A stretch of DNA of 64,000 nt from Macrostomum lignano (GCA_002269645.1 NIVC01001696.1:1-64000), one strand, 5' to 3'. Shown: positions 40,651-52,637, counted from the stretch's first letter. Numbers and translations: made by a program. Notes: generated by a model not told the origin, from the sequence alone.

Positions 40651-43600
40651 TCTTTCTAGTAAAAAGAACTGTTACTGAAACCAATTAGGGTTTTGAATGT
40701 TTGATGCATAAGAAGTAAAAAATAAACGCTTAAAATACTTGAGTCATTGAGATAACACAATTGGCTTCTTAAAAAAATTATTGTAGATAGACATACAGTA
40801 TTTCTAAGTATGTTGAAATAATTCTAAATAAATTGATACTACATTAAAAAATATATATACATAATATTTGCTTACATGAATTGTAGAAAGTCCTGTATAA
40901 CTAATTTTAGTATGGCAAGTAGTTAGTTTAATATAATTTTGTTGAAACAGGTAGCTACTTAAATAGACCTTTCTATTGATCTATTGAGGTAATTTATAAT
41001 TAATAACTTTGGCTTTAACAATAAATTAAATATAATAGTTTAGCCTACTTTGCATTGATATTAAATAGTTAGGGAATTGAGTGTGAAGATTGAGAAAAAA
41101 TAATTTTTTTAAATAAGCCTACATAACACAATGTCTATGACTTGAGATGCATTGAGACAAATCATTTAGCAAAATCATGAAAATATTGAACTTTGAATTC
41201 AAAATTTTGGGCATTGATTAAAAAATTAATTAGAAAATCTAATGCACTAAAAATGTATATTTTCTATAAATAAAAAGCGGCGTATTCCCTAGAACTAGAT
41301 CAATCAGATAACACAAAATTATATGCCAGTGGTAAAATAAAAATTAATATTTAAAGTTCACTTTCAGATTGAATGTTTTCTGAGCTTTTAAACGTTAGTC
41401 ATTCTATTCCAGTAGGGCCTACTACTAGAAGGAAAACTATACTAGTTAATTATAAATCAAAGCATGTGTGTAAACAGAAAATCACAAAATCTAAACTAGC
41501 TACACGAAGTTTGTGGCTTGGATTGCACACAACAAATAATACGATACGAGCACAGCATAGTTTCACATACAAGCAGTGTAATTATTCCTTGCCTTTAATA
41601 TATGATAGAAGAAGTTAGGCTTAGGACTATAAATGGTACTCAAAAACTACTTTGAGATTAGTAAAAGTAAAAGCTAGTGAAGACGTTTTGCTATTTAGTT
41701 AGTGAAAACTGGAAGAAGATCGAATGGCGCAGCGAATCAGCGATATTTTTGAAAATTAGTTGTAGTAGGAATGATCAAGTGCATGCAAAAGTGAGTAAAG
41801 AAACAAAAATACACTTATGATAATGAACAAAATTGATTTATAACTTAAACCTCCAACTGCTGAAGAAAAAAAATTATTAAAAAAATTTTTTAATTGAAGT
41901 TCATTTAGACAATAACCATAGTAATGGCAAGTAGTATGGCGAGAAATTTGGTTCTAAAAAATTTGAGGGCTAAGTTTTATAAAATACTTAACGGAGATTT
42001 TTTTCACTTTTTCAGCCTGTTAGATTACAATTGCATTCTTTTTTCATTGCAATATTTATTTTTTGTAAGGTACATGTACAAAGTGTTAAAAGACTTCTTT
42101 GTAATTTGCAGGAGGATCGAGTTTCCTGTCATTTTAATTTCCTTTTTTGTACATGCATATGTTCCCAGCCAAGAAAGTAAAAAATCGGAATCGTTACATT
42201 CTTTATTTAATTTGTTGCTGATTTCAATCCTAATAGGAATTGCTAAAAGCCACACCATCAGGCAGTAAAGCATTTACATGTATGTACAGCGAGACATACA
42301 CAGGGCATGCGTAGTTGTCGAAAACTGTATAAACAGGGCGCATGACAGCGCTGCAATTTGAAGGGTTTTTTAGAGAGAGCCTGTCAACTCAAAGTGGAGC
42401 CCGAGTAACCTATGTTCACAAGCGATACGGGATAGTTAGTAATATTATGTCAACTTTAAGCTCATAATTGGTCCTTATCCCGGCCCAGCTTTATTAATTA
42501 ACCCACACCTCCCAACAAGTCCTACTTTTCGTCACTTTTTGCCAAACCCAGCTTTCAGGTGTCACTGTGAGCGGAATGACGTATCATTTGTGTACATATA
42601 TCTCACTCGGGATTCAGTATACGTACTAAATTTGATCGTTAAATAAGTTGACTGGACCTTTTGTCAGTATTGAAAGGCCGGAATTTAATTAGTATCGCAG
42701 TCCCTGGATACACGCATATACAGTTACACAGTTAGACACTTATTTTGGACAGCGCATCTGAAATTGCTCGTACTATTGTCGGGTTTCGACCTTCCGGCCC
42801 CCTTGTGGGGAAGCCTTCGGGCCTCAGGTCTCAGAAATAGATCAATTAGAGTCCTGGCGGCACTCCTGTCAGATGGTCAGCCCCAGGTAGCTTGATTGTG
42901 TGGCGAGCAGTCTAGGTCCTATAGCTAAGAGAGGGACAGCGAGAGACAAGCAGGGAGAATTTTGAAGGTAGAAATTAGTTAATCCGCAGATTAGCTAACT
43001 CGCTGCCACCAGCCCTTACGTCCTGGCTCACCACACCCGGACTCTCAAAATCGGGCTTCCGACTAAGGGGCTTTGCACATACCTGCCAACTAGTGTATTT
43101 TTGCTGTCAATCTCGAAGTCATAGCCGATGATAAGGGACACTGCTGGGACTTGATCGCATTGGCCATGCAGGTACAGAGGGGACTTGTGCAGGGGATTCT
43201 TTGCAGTGGCGAGACTATGGGGTAGTTACATGTACTATTACATTGCTAAATACGAAGAATTGTACTTTTGACCTTCAACGCGCCAACCAGCCTCTCCTAG
43301 CGCTGATGATAGGCTAACTCGAACATCAGAGACCGCATGATTCATCACCCGAGCCGCTTGGCTAACCTAGAGTGCACAGAGTACATCTCTGGAGCCGATT
43401 CTGCACTATTGGCAATTTCGCTAACTGATTTGATAGATTGATCGACTGAGAACTGCCTTGCCATAGGTCCACTGTGACCGGCGCCTACTAGCTTAGCTAC
43501 TCATCTGAGCCATCGGCGAACAAAGAAATAAAACCGATAAAAATAACTGTTAGATTTCCTTCTCCTTAAATCACTTCACACCAGATTGAATTGGAGTTTT

Positions 43601-44394
43601 AGACTACTAGCAGTATTGAATGACTTCTGCCTCAATTACAGCACTACTGAACAAAATGAGCAAAAGCGTGCGCCTAATCCAGCTACTGAAACAGGGGACA
43701 GATAAGGGATCACCCAATCAAGCAAGTCTCGGCAGCCTCTCACCCAACCAATCAGAAACTCAACAGCCGGAGACCAGGTAATCCACAGTGACCGAATCGG
43801 CTTCGCAGCTGTAGGCCCGGGATGATGCTGATGTCACAATCTTCGCTGATAGCTAGCAGGTGATGCTCTTAACCTTGATGTTCGTTGCTGATGACCAGGG
43901 GGACTCGTCCTTGATGATAATGGGGGAAGGTCGCAATCTGGGGATCAAGAAACGACGGTCAGTTCCTGGCCGGTGGAGCCAAGGGTAGTACCCGGTCGCA
44001 AAAAGGTTGCAGTCCGAGCGGGCCAAAAACACCGGTTTAAATAGCCGCCAACTGGACCGCAGTTTGTTATAATGGAACACGTCGATTCTGATTGGCTGAG
44101 CCGATTTGTTAAAATGAGCGTCGAATTTTCTGATTGGATGAGCTAGCTGCCACCCAAAATCACGTGACCGGAAGATCCTATCAGTTCCCTCGGGGTCGTA
44201 AAAACATGACAGGTGCGGCCAAAAATCACTCAAAATCGCAACAAAATGATTTATGACTTTTCGCGTAGAATTGACAAAAATGAATGAAAAAATATACATT
44301 AGAAAGCTCTTATTAAATAGAAAGTGAAGATAATGAAGAGAAATCGCTAATCGCTAATCCCAAAGTACTTTTAGGGGTAAAACGCATAGCTGTC

Positions 44395-45445
44395 AAAGCT
44401 GTCACACGCTTGAGTGAACACGAACAATAGGCTCTGACCTCATAAATCTGATGGCCTGTCAAAAATGATGCAAAAAAAGCTATCATTCGCATCCCCTCAG
44501 GCCATCTGGCGCGCGCCTCAACACTGAGTGAGGCGCAGGTGGCTGTCAGCTACCAACTTTGAAAGCGATGATTTACGACCCAAAAAGCTGCGCCTACGTT
44601 ATTATGACTACTAGTATGACCAAACATTATATCTAGTATAGATTCTATGACAATTCGCAGAAAAAGGATAAAAATGCCCATTGCCCACTGTTAGTAGGCT
44701 AGTAAGTTTAGAGCCCATGTGCTAGCGCGGGATTTGGAAAAAAGTGCGTCCTCATCACTATAATTAGACAGTACATGTGATGATATGTTCCCTCTGCAAG
44801 ACGGTATTACCGGTACTGTTTTGCAGACAGATCGAGGTACGGCCGGTACTTCTCAGTAAGGATATAGTAGCACTGCTGTGCCCGCGATGAGCAATCAGCT
44901 CTGGCCCTCGGTCAGGGGCATTTGGAGCAAATTAAGCATTGCACTTTTAACCCCCCACGCCGCGTTCGCAACGGCCCTCCGTTCTCCCCGCGCTCCCCAC
45001 ATTTACAATGTACATGTAATGTACCTCTCTAGCGTCCGTGCCCAAGTTTTGATTCGCTATTTTATGTGCGCCGCGATTGTGCCCGCCAATCGGCAGTTGG
45101 GAAAGCATTTATGCGGCCCTAAACTCTATAACCATGGAGATTTGAGGTGAGATGGAAGTTAAAATTTTGAAGTTCATTGAGGTCAACGCAATAAAATTTG
45201 CGTTGAAATAAGTATACAGATGAGTTGGAGGTGAGCGAGAGAGAGCTAGTTTCGATGACACAGCTAGTCAGCCTACGAGTAAATTGCTCAAAAACAATAC
45301 ATTAGAAACATTCCGCTTGCTCTGCCTCGCTTCATTGGGATGAGTCATCACAGTGACTCATGCTTATCGCCCACCCCACTCCCCGCGCACCAACCCCATC
45401 TCCTTTTTATTGTTCGAAATCATTATTCATGCGTGTGACAGTTTT
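44395..45445. mobile_element. Possible ~1-kb non-autonomous DNA transposon
   Basis: Imperfect inverted repeat CTGTCACACGC..GA...CGAACAATA at ~44400 and its reverse complement at ~45408-45441; no clear TSD. Confidence 0.4.
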
Positions 45446-45538
45446 ATGACCCTCTATCTTCCTAAGTTTTTCCTGTCTGTTACGTAATCCCCAATCATAA
45501 ATCATTTTTCTCAGCTGCGCCCCATCCCAATTTCTTAT

Positions 45539-45590
45539 CCAATCACAGCAGCGTGGCTGACGTGTGACGTCATCAGGGTTGCTTGGTAAC
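45539..45590. promoter_or_regulatory. Promoter-like cluster: CCAAT box, CRE, X-box-like site
   Basis: CCAAT 45539-45543; TGACGTCA 45565-45572; GTTGCTTGGTAAC 45578-45590. Confidence 0.5.
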
Positions 45591-45635
45591 GAAAGTCAAG
45601 GACAAGACACGGCCTTCAATATCACGCATCACGCA

Positions 45636-47489
45636 TCCTAGATCCCAGATCCTAGATCCCAGATCCTAGATCCCAGATCCTAGATCCCAGATCCTAGATC
45701 CCAGATCCTAGATCCCAGATCCTAGATCCCAGATCCTAGATCCCAGATCCTAGATCCCAGATCCTAGATCCCAGATCCTAGATCCCAGATCCTAGATCCC
45801 AGATCCTAGATCCCAGATCCTAGATCCCAGATCCTAGATCCCAGATCCTAGATCCCAGATCCTAGATCCCAGATCCTAGATCCCAGATCCTAGATCCCAG
45901 ATCCTAGATCCCAGATCCTAGATCCCAGATCCTAGATCCCAGATCCTAGATCCCAGATCCTAGATCCCAGATCCTAGATCCCAGATCCTAGATCCCAGAT
46001 CCTAGATCCCAGATCCTAGATCCCAGATCCTAGATCCCAGATCCTAGATCCCAGATCCTAGATCCCAGATCCTAGATCCCAGATCCTAGATCCCAGATCC
46101 TAGATCCCAGATCCTAGATCCCAGATCCTAGATCCCAGATCCCAGATCCTAGATCCCAGATCCTAGATCCCAGATCCTAGATCCCAGATCCTAGATCCCA
46201 GATCCTAGATCCCAGATCCTAGATCCCAGATCCTAGATCCCAGATCCTAGATCCCAGATCCTAGATCCCAGATCCTAGATCCCAGATCCTAGATCCCAGA
46301 TCCTAGATCCCAGATCCTAGATCCCAGATCCTAGATCCCAGATCCTAGATCCCAGATCCTAGATCCCAGATCCTAGATCCCAGATCCTAGATCCCAGATC
46401 CTAGATCCCAGATCCTAGATCCCAGATCCTAGATCCCAGATCCTAGATCCCAGATCCTAGATCCCAGATCCTAGATCCCAGATCCTAGATCCCAGATCCT
46501 AGATCCCAGATCCTAGATCCCAGATCCTAGATCCCAGATCCTAGATCCCAGATCCTAGATCCCAGATCCTAGATCCCAGATCCTAGATCCCAGATCCTAG
46601 ATCCCAGATCCTAGATCCCAGATCCTAGATCCCAGATCCTAGATCCCAGATCCTAGATCCCAGATCCTAGATCCCAGATCCTAGATCCCAGATCCTAGAT
46701 CCCAGATCCTAGATCCCAGATCCTAGATCCCAGATCCTAGATCCCAGATCCTAGATCCCAGATCCTAGATCCCAGATCCTAGATCCCAGATCCTAGATCC
46801 CAGATCCTAGATCCCAGATCCTAGATCCCAGATCCTAGATCCCAGATCCTAGATCCCAGATCCTAGATCCCAGATCCTAGATCCCAGATCCTAGATCCCA
46901 GATCCTAGATCCCAGATCCTAGATCCCAGATCCTAGATCCCAGATCCTAGATCCCAGATCCTAGATCCCAGATCGTAGATCCCAGATCGTAGATCCCAGA
47001 TCGTAGATCCCAGATCGTAGATCCCAGATCGTAGATCCCAGATCGTAGATCCCAGATCGTAGATCCCAGATCGTAGATCCCAGATCCTAGATCCCAGATC
47101 CTAGATCCCAGATCCTAGATCCCAGATCCTAGATCCCAGATCCTAGATCCCAGATCCTAGATCCCAGATCCTAGATCCCAGATCCTAGATCCCAGATCCT
47201 AGATCCCAGATCCTAGATCCCAGATCCTAGATCCCAGATCCTAGATCCCAGATCCTAGATCCCAGATCCTAGATCCCAGATCCTAGATCCTAGATCCCAG
47301 ATCCTAGATCCCAGATCCCAGATCCTAGATCCCAGATCCTAGATCCCAGATCCTAGATCCCAGATCCTAGATCCCAGATCCTAGATCCCAGATCCTAGAT
47401 CCCAGATCCCAGATCCTAGATCCCAGATCCTAGATCCCAGATCCTAGATCCCAGATCCTAGATCCCAGATCCTAGATCCCAGATCCCAG
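45636..47489. repeat. 14-bp satellite (ATCCTAGATCCCAG)n, ~1.85 kb, nearly invariant
   Basis: A dimer of 7-bp units; includes a block of eight C>G variant units at ~46970-47080. Confidence 0.98.
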
Positions 47490-47905
47490 AGGGTGACATT
47501 CGGTCAGAATACATGTCAGTAGTAAATTGTAATGTAAGTTACTCTACAAAATGTATGGTACAATTTTGTTCTCATGCAGTTGTATAAGATTTTTAAAAAG
47601 TTTCATTTTTTATTCCTTTTATAAAAGACCTGCTGCCTTTTTACATTTATAATTTCTTCGTTGTAAAAGTATTGTAAGGCCACGCTAAAAAACTCTCTCA
47701 GTGCTGACATAGATTCTCTACTTATGTTCGTACTAATTAATTCATAGGCTTGACCAGCACGTGACATAGACATTCACTCTTTCTTTGTTAAATTGTTAGA
47801 CACGAAATTAAATTTAATCTGTTCTCAAAAGTTGCTCAAATCGTAAAACGCTTTGCAGACTGAATTTTCTACAATTAATATAGCTTTCAAAAGCTGCTAT
47901 TTACG

Positions 47906-49886
47906 ATGCCAAACACCGTCAATGTTAGTGTCGAATACTGGTAAGTCATCAGCCTATGTTTTATTTTTAGAGAGTTTCATTTATCTCAGTATACGTACAT
48001 GTATATAGATTGTCTTTTTTAGACAGTAAATTTGATTGGGGTTACTGTGGAATTGCTGAGATGCCAAGGGTTAGTGGGGAATTGCTGAGATGCCAAGGGT
48101 TACTGGGGAATTGCTGAGATGCCAAGGGTTACTTGGGAATTGCTGAGATGCCAAGGGTTAGTGGGGAATTGCTGAGATGCCAAGGGTTAGTGGGGGAATT
48201 GCTGAGATGCCAAGGGTTAGTGGGGGAATTGCTGAGATGCCAAGGGTTAGTGGGGAATTGCTGAGATGCCAAGGGTTACTGGGGAATTGCTGAGATGCCA
48301 AGGGTTAGTGGGGAATTGCTGAGATGCCAAGGGTTACTGGGGAATTGCTGAGATGCCAAGGGTTACTGGGGAATTGCTGAGATGCCAAGGGTTAGTGGGG
48401 GAATTGCTGAGATGCCAAGGGTTAGTGGGGGAATTGCTGAGATGCCAAGGGTTAGTGGGGGAATTGCTGAGATGCCAAGGGTTACTGGGGAATTGCTGAG
48501 ATGCCAAGGGTTACTTGGGAATTGCTGAGATGCCAAGGGTTACTGGGGAATTGCTGAGATGCCAAGGGTTACTGGGGAATTGCTGAGATGCCAAGGGTTA
48601 CTTGGGAATTGCTGAGATGCCAAGGGTTACTGGGGAATTGCTGAGATGCCAAGGGTTAGTGGGGGAATTGCTGAGATGCCAAGGGTTAGTGGGGGAATTG
48701 CTGAGATGCCAAGGGTTAGTGGGGAATTGCTGAGATGCCAAGGGTTACTGGGGAATTGCTGAGATGCCAAGGGTTACTTGGGAATTGCTGAGATGCCAAG
48801 GGTTAGTGGGGGAATTGCTGAGATGCCAAGGGTTAGTGGGGGAATTGCTGAGATGCCAAGGGTTACTGGGGAATTGCTGAGATGCCAAGGGTTAGTGGGG
48901 AATTGCTGAGATGCCAAGGGTTACTGGGGAATTGCTGAGATGCCAAGGGTTAGTGGGGAATTGCTGAGATGCCAAGGGTTACTGGGGAATTGCTGAGATG
49001 CCAAGGGTTACTGGGGAATTGCTGAGATGCCAAGGGTTACTGGGGAATTGCTGAGATGCCAAGGGTTACTTGGGAATTGCTGAGATGCCAAGGGTTAGTG
49101 GGGGAATTGCTGAGATGCCAAGGGTTAGTGGGGGAATTGCTGAGATGCCAAGGGTTAGTGGGGGAATTGCTGAGATGCCAAGGGTTAGTGGGGAATTGCT
49201 GAGATGCCAAGGGTTACTGGGGAATTGCTGAGATGCCAAGGGTTAGTGGGGAATTGCTGAGATGCCAAGGGTTACTGGGGAATTGCTGAGATGCCAAGGG
49301 TTACTGGGGAATTGCTGAGATGCCAAGGGTTAGTGGGGAATTGCTGAGATGCCAAGGGTTACTGGGGAATTGCTGAGATGCCAAGGGTTACTGGGGAATT
49401 GCTGAGATGCCAAGGGTTACTGGGGAATTGCTGAGATGCCAAGGGTTAGTGGGGGAATTGCTGAGATGCCAAGGGTTACTGGGGAATTGCTGAGATGCCA
49501 AGGGTTACTGGGGAATTGCTGAGATGCCAAGGGTTACTGGGGAATTGCTGAGATGCCAAGGGTTAGTAAAATCTCTACTGATCATCTATAATTCCCCTCC
49601 CCCCCAACCTTACAGCAGCGTCCAATGAGACTACGAACCACGCTATGAGCACCTGCGCGAAGCAATTCTCAGCGCGTGCCCTAGCGGAGTTCAGGTATCC
49701 GGTGTTGCTGGTCGTCGGGGCGCTTACGAGGTGACAGTCAATGGCCAATTGATTTTCTCTAAGCTGAAGATGCGCTGTTTCCCCGTTGAGAAACAGGTGG
49801 TCGACGAGGTGAAGAAAGCCACGAATGGTGTGAAGCCTAAGAAGCTGGGATCAGATACCGGAGGTTGTGGATGTCATCTATTGTAG
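47906..49886 (+). CDS. MIEN1: Selenoprotein W2/MIEN1-like (Rdx family), paralog A; exons 47906-47940 and 49616-49886; Sec TGA at 49626-49628; 101 aa
   Basis: MPNTVNVSVEYC|SVQUDYEPRYEHLREAIL...GRRGAYEVTVNGQLIFSKLKMRCFP...GCGCHLL*. The frame stays open and homologous for 85 codons past the TGA; the TGA is shared with paralog B; SECIS in the 3'UTR. Confidence 0.92.
48040..49566. repeat. 29/30-bp minisatellite (GGGGAATTGCTGAGATGCCAAGGGTTACT)n in the paralog A intron
   Basis: About 52 units filling most of the intron. Confidence 0.98.
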
Positions 49887-50044
49887 CGCTATTGGCTTCG
49901 TTTTTACTTAATTTTCTTGATTTCTCTCTCATAAACGAAGTCTTTTTTCAATGAATAAACAGATTTTGATATTTGAAATGTATATTTCTACTTTAAGTAG
50001 ACTAAATAGTAGCATAAATTGAATTCAGAAACAAAAACAAATAG

Positions 50045-50184
50045 AAAAACCAGCGCGTGCCCAGACGTATGACGACAGGCCTCGGCGTTAAAATCCTAAT
50101 TGGAACCGTCCGCAGCATCGCACCGGATGGGCGCCACTTGTCTGACACACCTATCTGGCTGAGTCTGTGCGCGCGTTGGTTTTT
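50045..50184 (+). promoter_or_regulatory. SECIS element (atypical) of paralog A
   Basis: ATGA 50069-50072 / TGA 50143-50145 core; GACAGG:CTTGTC and GGCGT:GCGCC helix II; AAAA 50090-50093; TCC-TAATT-GGA mini-stem; 22-position basal helix. Confidence 0.85.
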
Positions 50185-50579
50185 TGGTTTCATTTAAACA
50201 AAAAAACTGTGAAAAAAGTTACGTTTATAAGAGGAGAAAGAAAGAAAATAAGTTGTGGCAGAAAAGTGTCTTAAAAGTAACTTTTGATTTATTCGGCATC
50301 AAATATACATGTATCTTGAAACATAGTTCATTTTTTTGCTTCATGCAGTCGCATGCTGCGCTACTTTTAATATCAAGGTTGAATACTTTTCTAGCGGCTT
50401 TTTTATGAAGGGCTACTTAAAAAAAGAATAAAAATACTAAATAGTTTGCTTGACTTGTGGACCATTAAAGATATGTACATTATGCTTAAATTAGAAAAAA
50501 TATACTATAGTTAGGGCAAGTTAGCTTAAAAATTTGTTAATTAGAAGAAAGTTAAAAGATAACTTTAAAATGGAAGAAA

Positions 50580-51440
50580 GGGCGCAGCTGGCACTGTGGC
50601 TGAGACGGCTCTGAGGGTCCTAAGCTGTCAGTCGAGATGCTCCTGGAGCTCTGCCATCTTGGGCATGAGAGGCTGCCTGTTAGAAGCAGGAAGATTGCGG
50701 ATCTCGCTCTGGAATTCAAGCGGCAGGCGGCTCCAGAGCGCGTAGACGTAGCTGTCGAGGGTGCAGGCAAGCTCGCCGAGGCGGAGGAGCTGGCCGGTGG
50801 CCAGGTGGAGGGCGTCTGTGAATTCCTTGAGCTCACCCAAGTCGGAGGCAGAGCTGAAGTGAAAGGCGAGGAGACGCTGGAAGGAGGCGTTCTTTTTCTC
50901 CTGCGTGTCGGCGTAGTTGGCCTGGAGGACACGCAGCAGTCCTCCACGTAGGCGCCCGGTTGGCAGGCGTCGAGGGCACCGAGATTCTTGAGAGCGGAGC
51001 CGGAGAGCAAACCGCGGAGTGCCTCAAATTTGTCGACGTCTTTGAGGCTGGAGCGGTCGACGCGGTAAACGAAGGCATCCCAGAAGCCCGGAAATGCAGC
51101 AGGGTCCGTACCGTCGAAGGTCGGGAGAAGCACGTTCTTGAGAATGGTGGAGCGGATGAGCCCGGTCGGATCGTGAGCATCTGATGCGGGCGTTGAGGCA
51201 GCTGGTGTCGAGGCTGGACGGACGGTGGCAGCTAGCGAGCTGTTGCATCAGGTGCTGGTTCTGCTGCATCATCGCGGGTCATGGAGGCGAGGTAAGGCGT
51301 TGACGTCAACTCCGGGTTAACAGGAGAGGCGGCAGAGATCGGTCTGAGCAGCAGGATCGGAGCCATTGCTCCGGCTGAAGAAGCTGGTGACGGGTCACTG
51401 AGGTCAAAGGGCGGTTGCTGATTTCCGTCAAGGCCGCGCG
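50580..51440 (-). pseudogene. BEL/Pao retrotransposon gag relic (DUF1759-like), frameshifted
   Basis: LLPTFDG...FWDAFVYRVDRSSLKDVDKFEALRGLLSGSA; flanking segments are in other frames; no pol. Confidence 0.75.
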
Positions 51441-51454
51441 CTCTTTGTACGTTC

Positions 51455-51728
51455 CCAGAGAGCTACATTAAACTATGGTGTCATTGCCTTCGATGGTATG
51501 GCAGAGAGCTACATTAAACTATGGTGTCATTGCCTTCGATGGTTGGCAGAGAGCTACATTAAACTATGGTGTCATTGCCTTCGATGGTATGGCAGAGAGC
51601 TACATTAAACTATGGTGTCATTGCCTTCGATGGTATGGCAGAGAGCTACATAAACGATGGTATCATGGCCTTTGATGGTATGTCAGAGAGCTACATTTAA
51701 CGATGGTATCATGGCCTTTGATGGTATC
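51455..51728. repeat. 46-bp minisatellite
   Basis: Six units of AGAGAGCTACATTAAACTATGGTGTCATTGCCTTCGATGGTATGGC. Confidence 0.93.
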
Positions 51729-52363
51729 ATTGCAGGCAGCGGAGTTCGATGTTATCACTGTCTTCCTGGGCTAGCTTGTAGCAGCTGTGCTGAAGAGGGC
51801 CCTGTGGAGGCGGTGCCAGCAGGGACGAAAGCGGAGTCTAGACAGAGACGGCAGGAGACACGGCGGCAGCTGCGCGGTGCATCGGAGAAGTTCGGAGCAG
51901 TGCCTCTGGAGAGACAACTGCTCTGGGTAGGGTACTCGTACATCGTAGATTTTAAGATTAGTGCGAGCAGTGTTGCTCTGATGTGAAGATCTTTGTGGTG
52001 ATATCTTGACGGGCAGCTGGTTGGCAGTAATATTGCATGGCGACCACACGCAAAAATACAGAAGGAAATACTATTTTTTCAGCTTACATGTGTAAATCTG
52101 ACAGAAACATTTAATTTGCATGTCCTACACCAGCGTTTTTATTAACTCTAGGAATTTTCCATTAAAAGATAACCGTACAAATTTGATGGCTAAAGTGTAA
52201 AATATGATTATATACTCTTGTCATGCAAAATTATACAGACTGAACTTTAATACATTGTATTCAAATGTCAAAAAAATCTTATCAAATGTTAAAGCTGTCT
52301 GCAGTCTGCTGCATTATGCTTCATCGAGATTGAATTGAGCTGATTTACACCGGCCTAGCTTAT

Positions 52364-52637
52364 GGCCAGATGTGCAACCGACAGCTCCGCCGCAGCTATT
52401 TTGCGGCGCATCTGAAGACTGCGTTCAGTCCAATTAAGGACTGGGGTCGCCACACACCCTGAATTACCCCAGCTAATGCTGGCACCAATTTTACAGCTGG
52501 GTGAACTGAAGCAAATAAATGCAGAGTTTACATGTAAAATATCTTCTTGATCGTGCTGCACACAAAATTGTTCCAGTGGGATCGGGAATCGAATCCCCAA
52601 CCTTCAAGTCGTGAGTTTGACGCTCAACCACTAGGCT
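52364..52637 (-). mobile_element. tRNA-derived CORE-like SINE (copy 3)
   Basis: Minus strand A-box TAGCCTAGTGG and B-box GGATTCGATTCC; homologous to copies 1 and 2. Confidence 0.8.

Noticed and set aside
43853-44299. 148-aa minus-strand ORF
   Set aside because: No recognisable domain; overlaps CCAAT/E-box-rich regulatory-looking DNA; composition looks non-coding.
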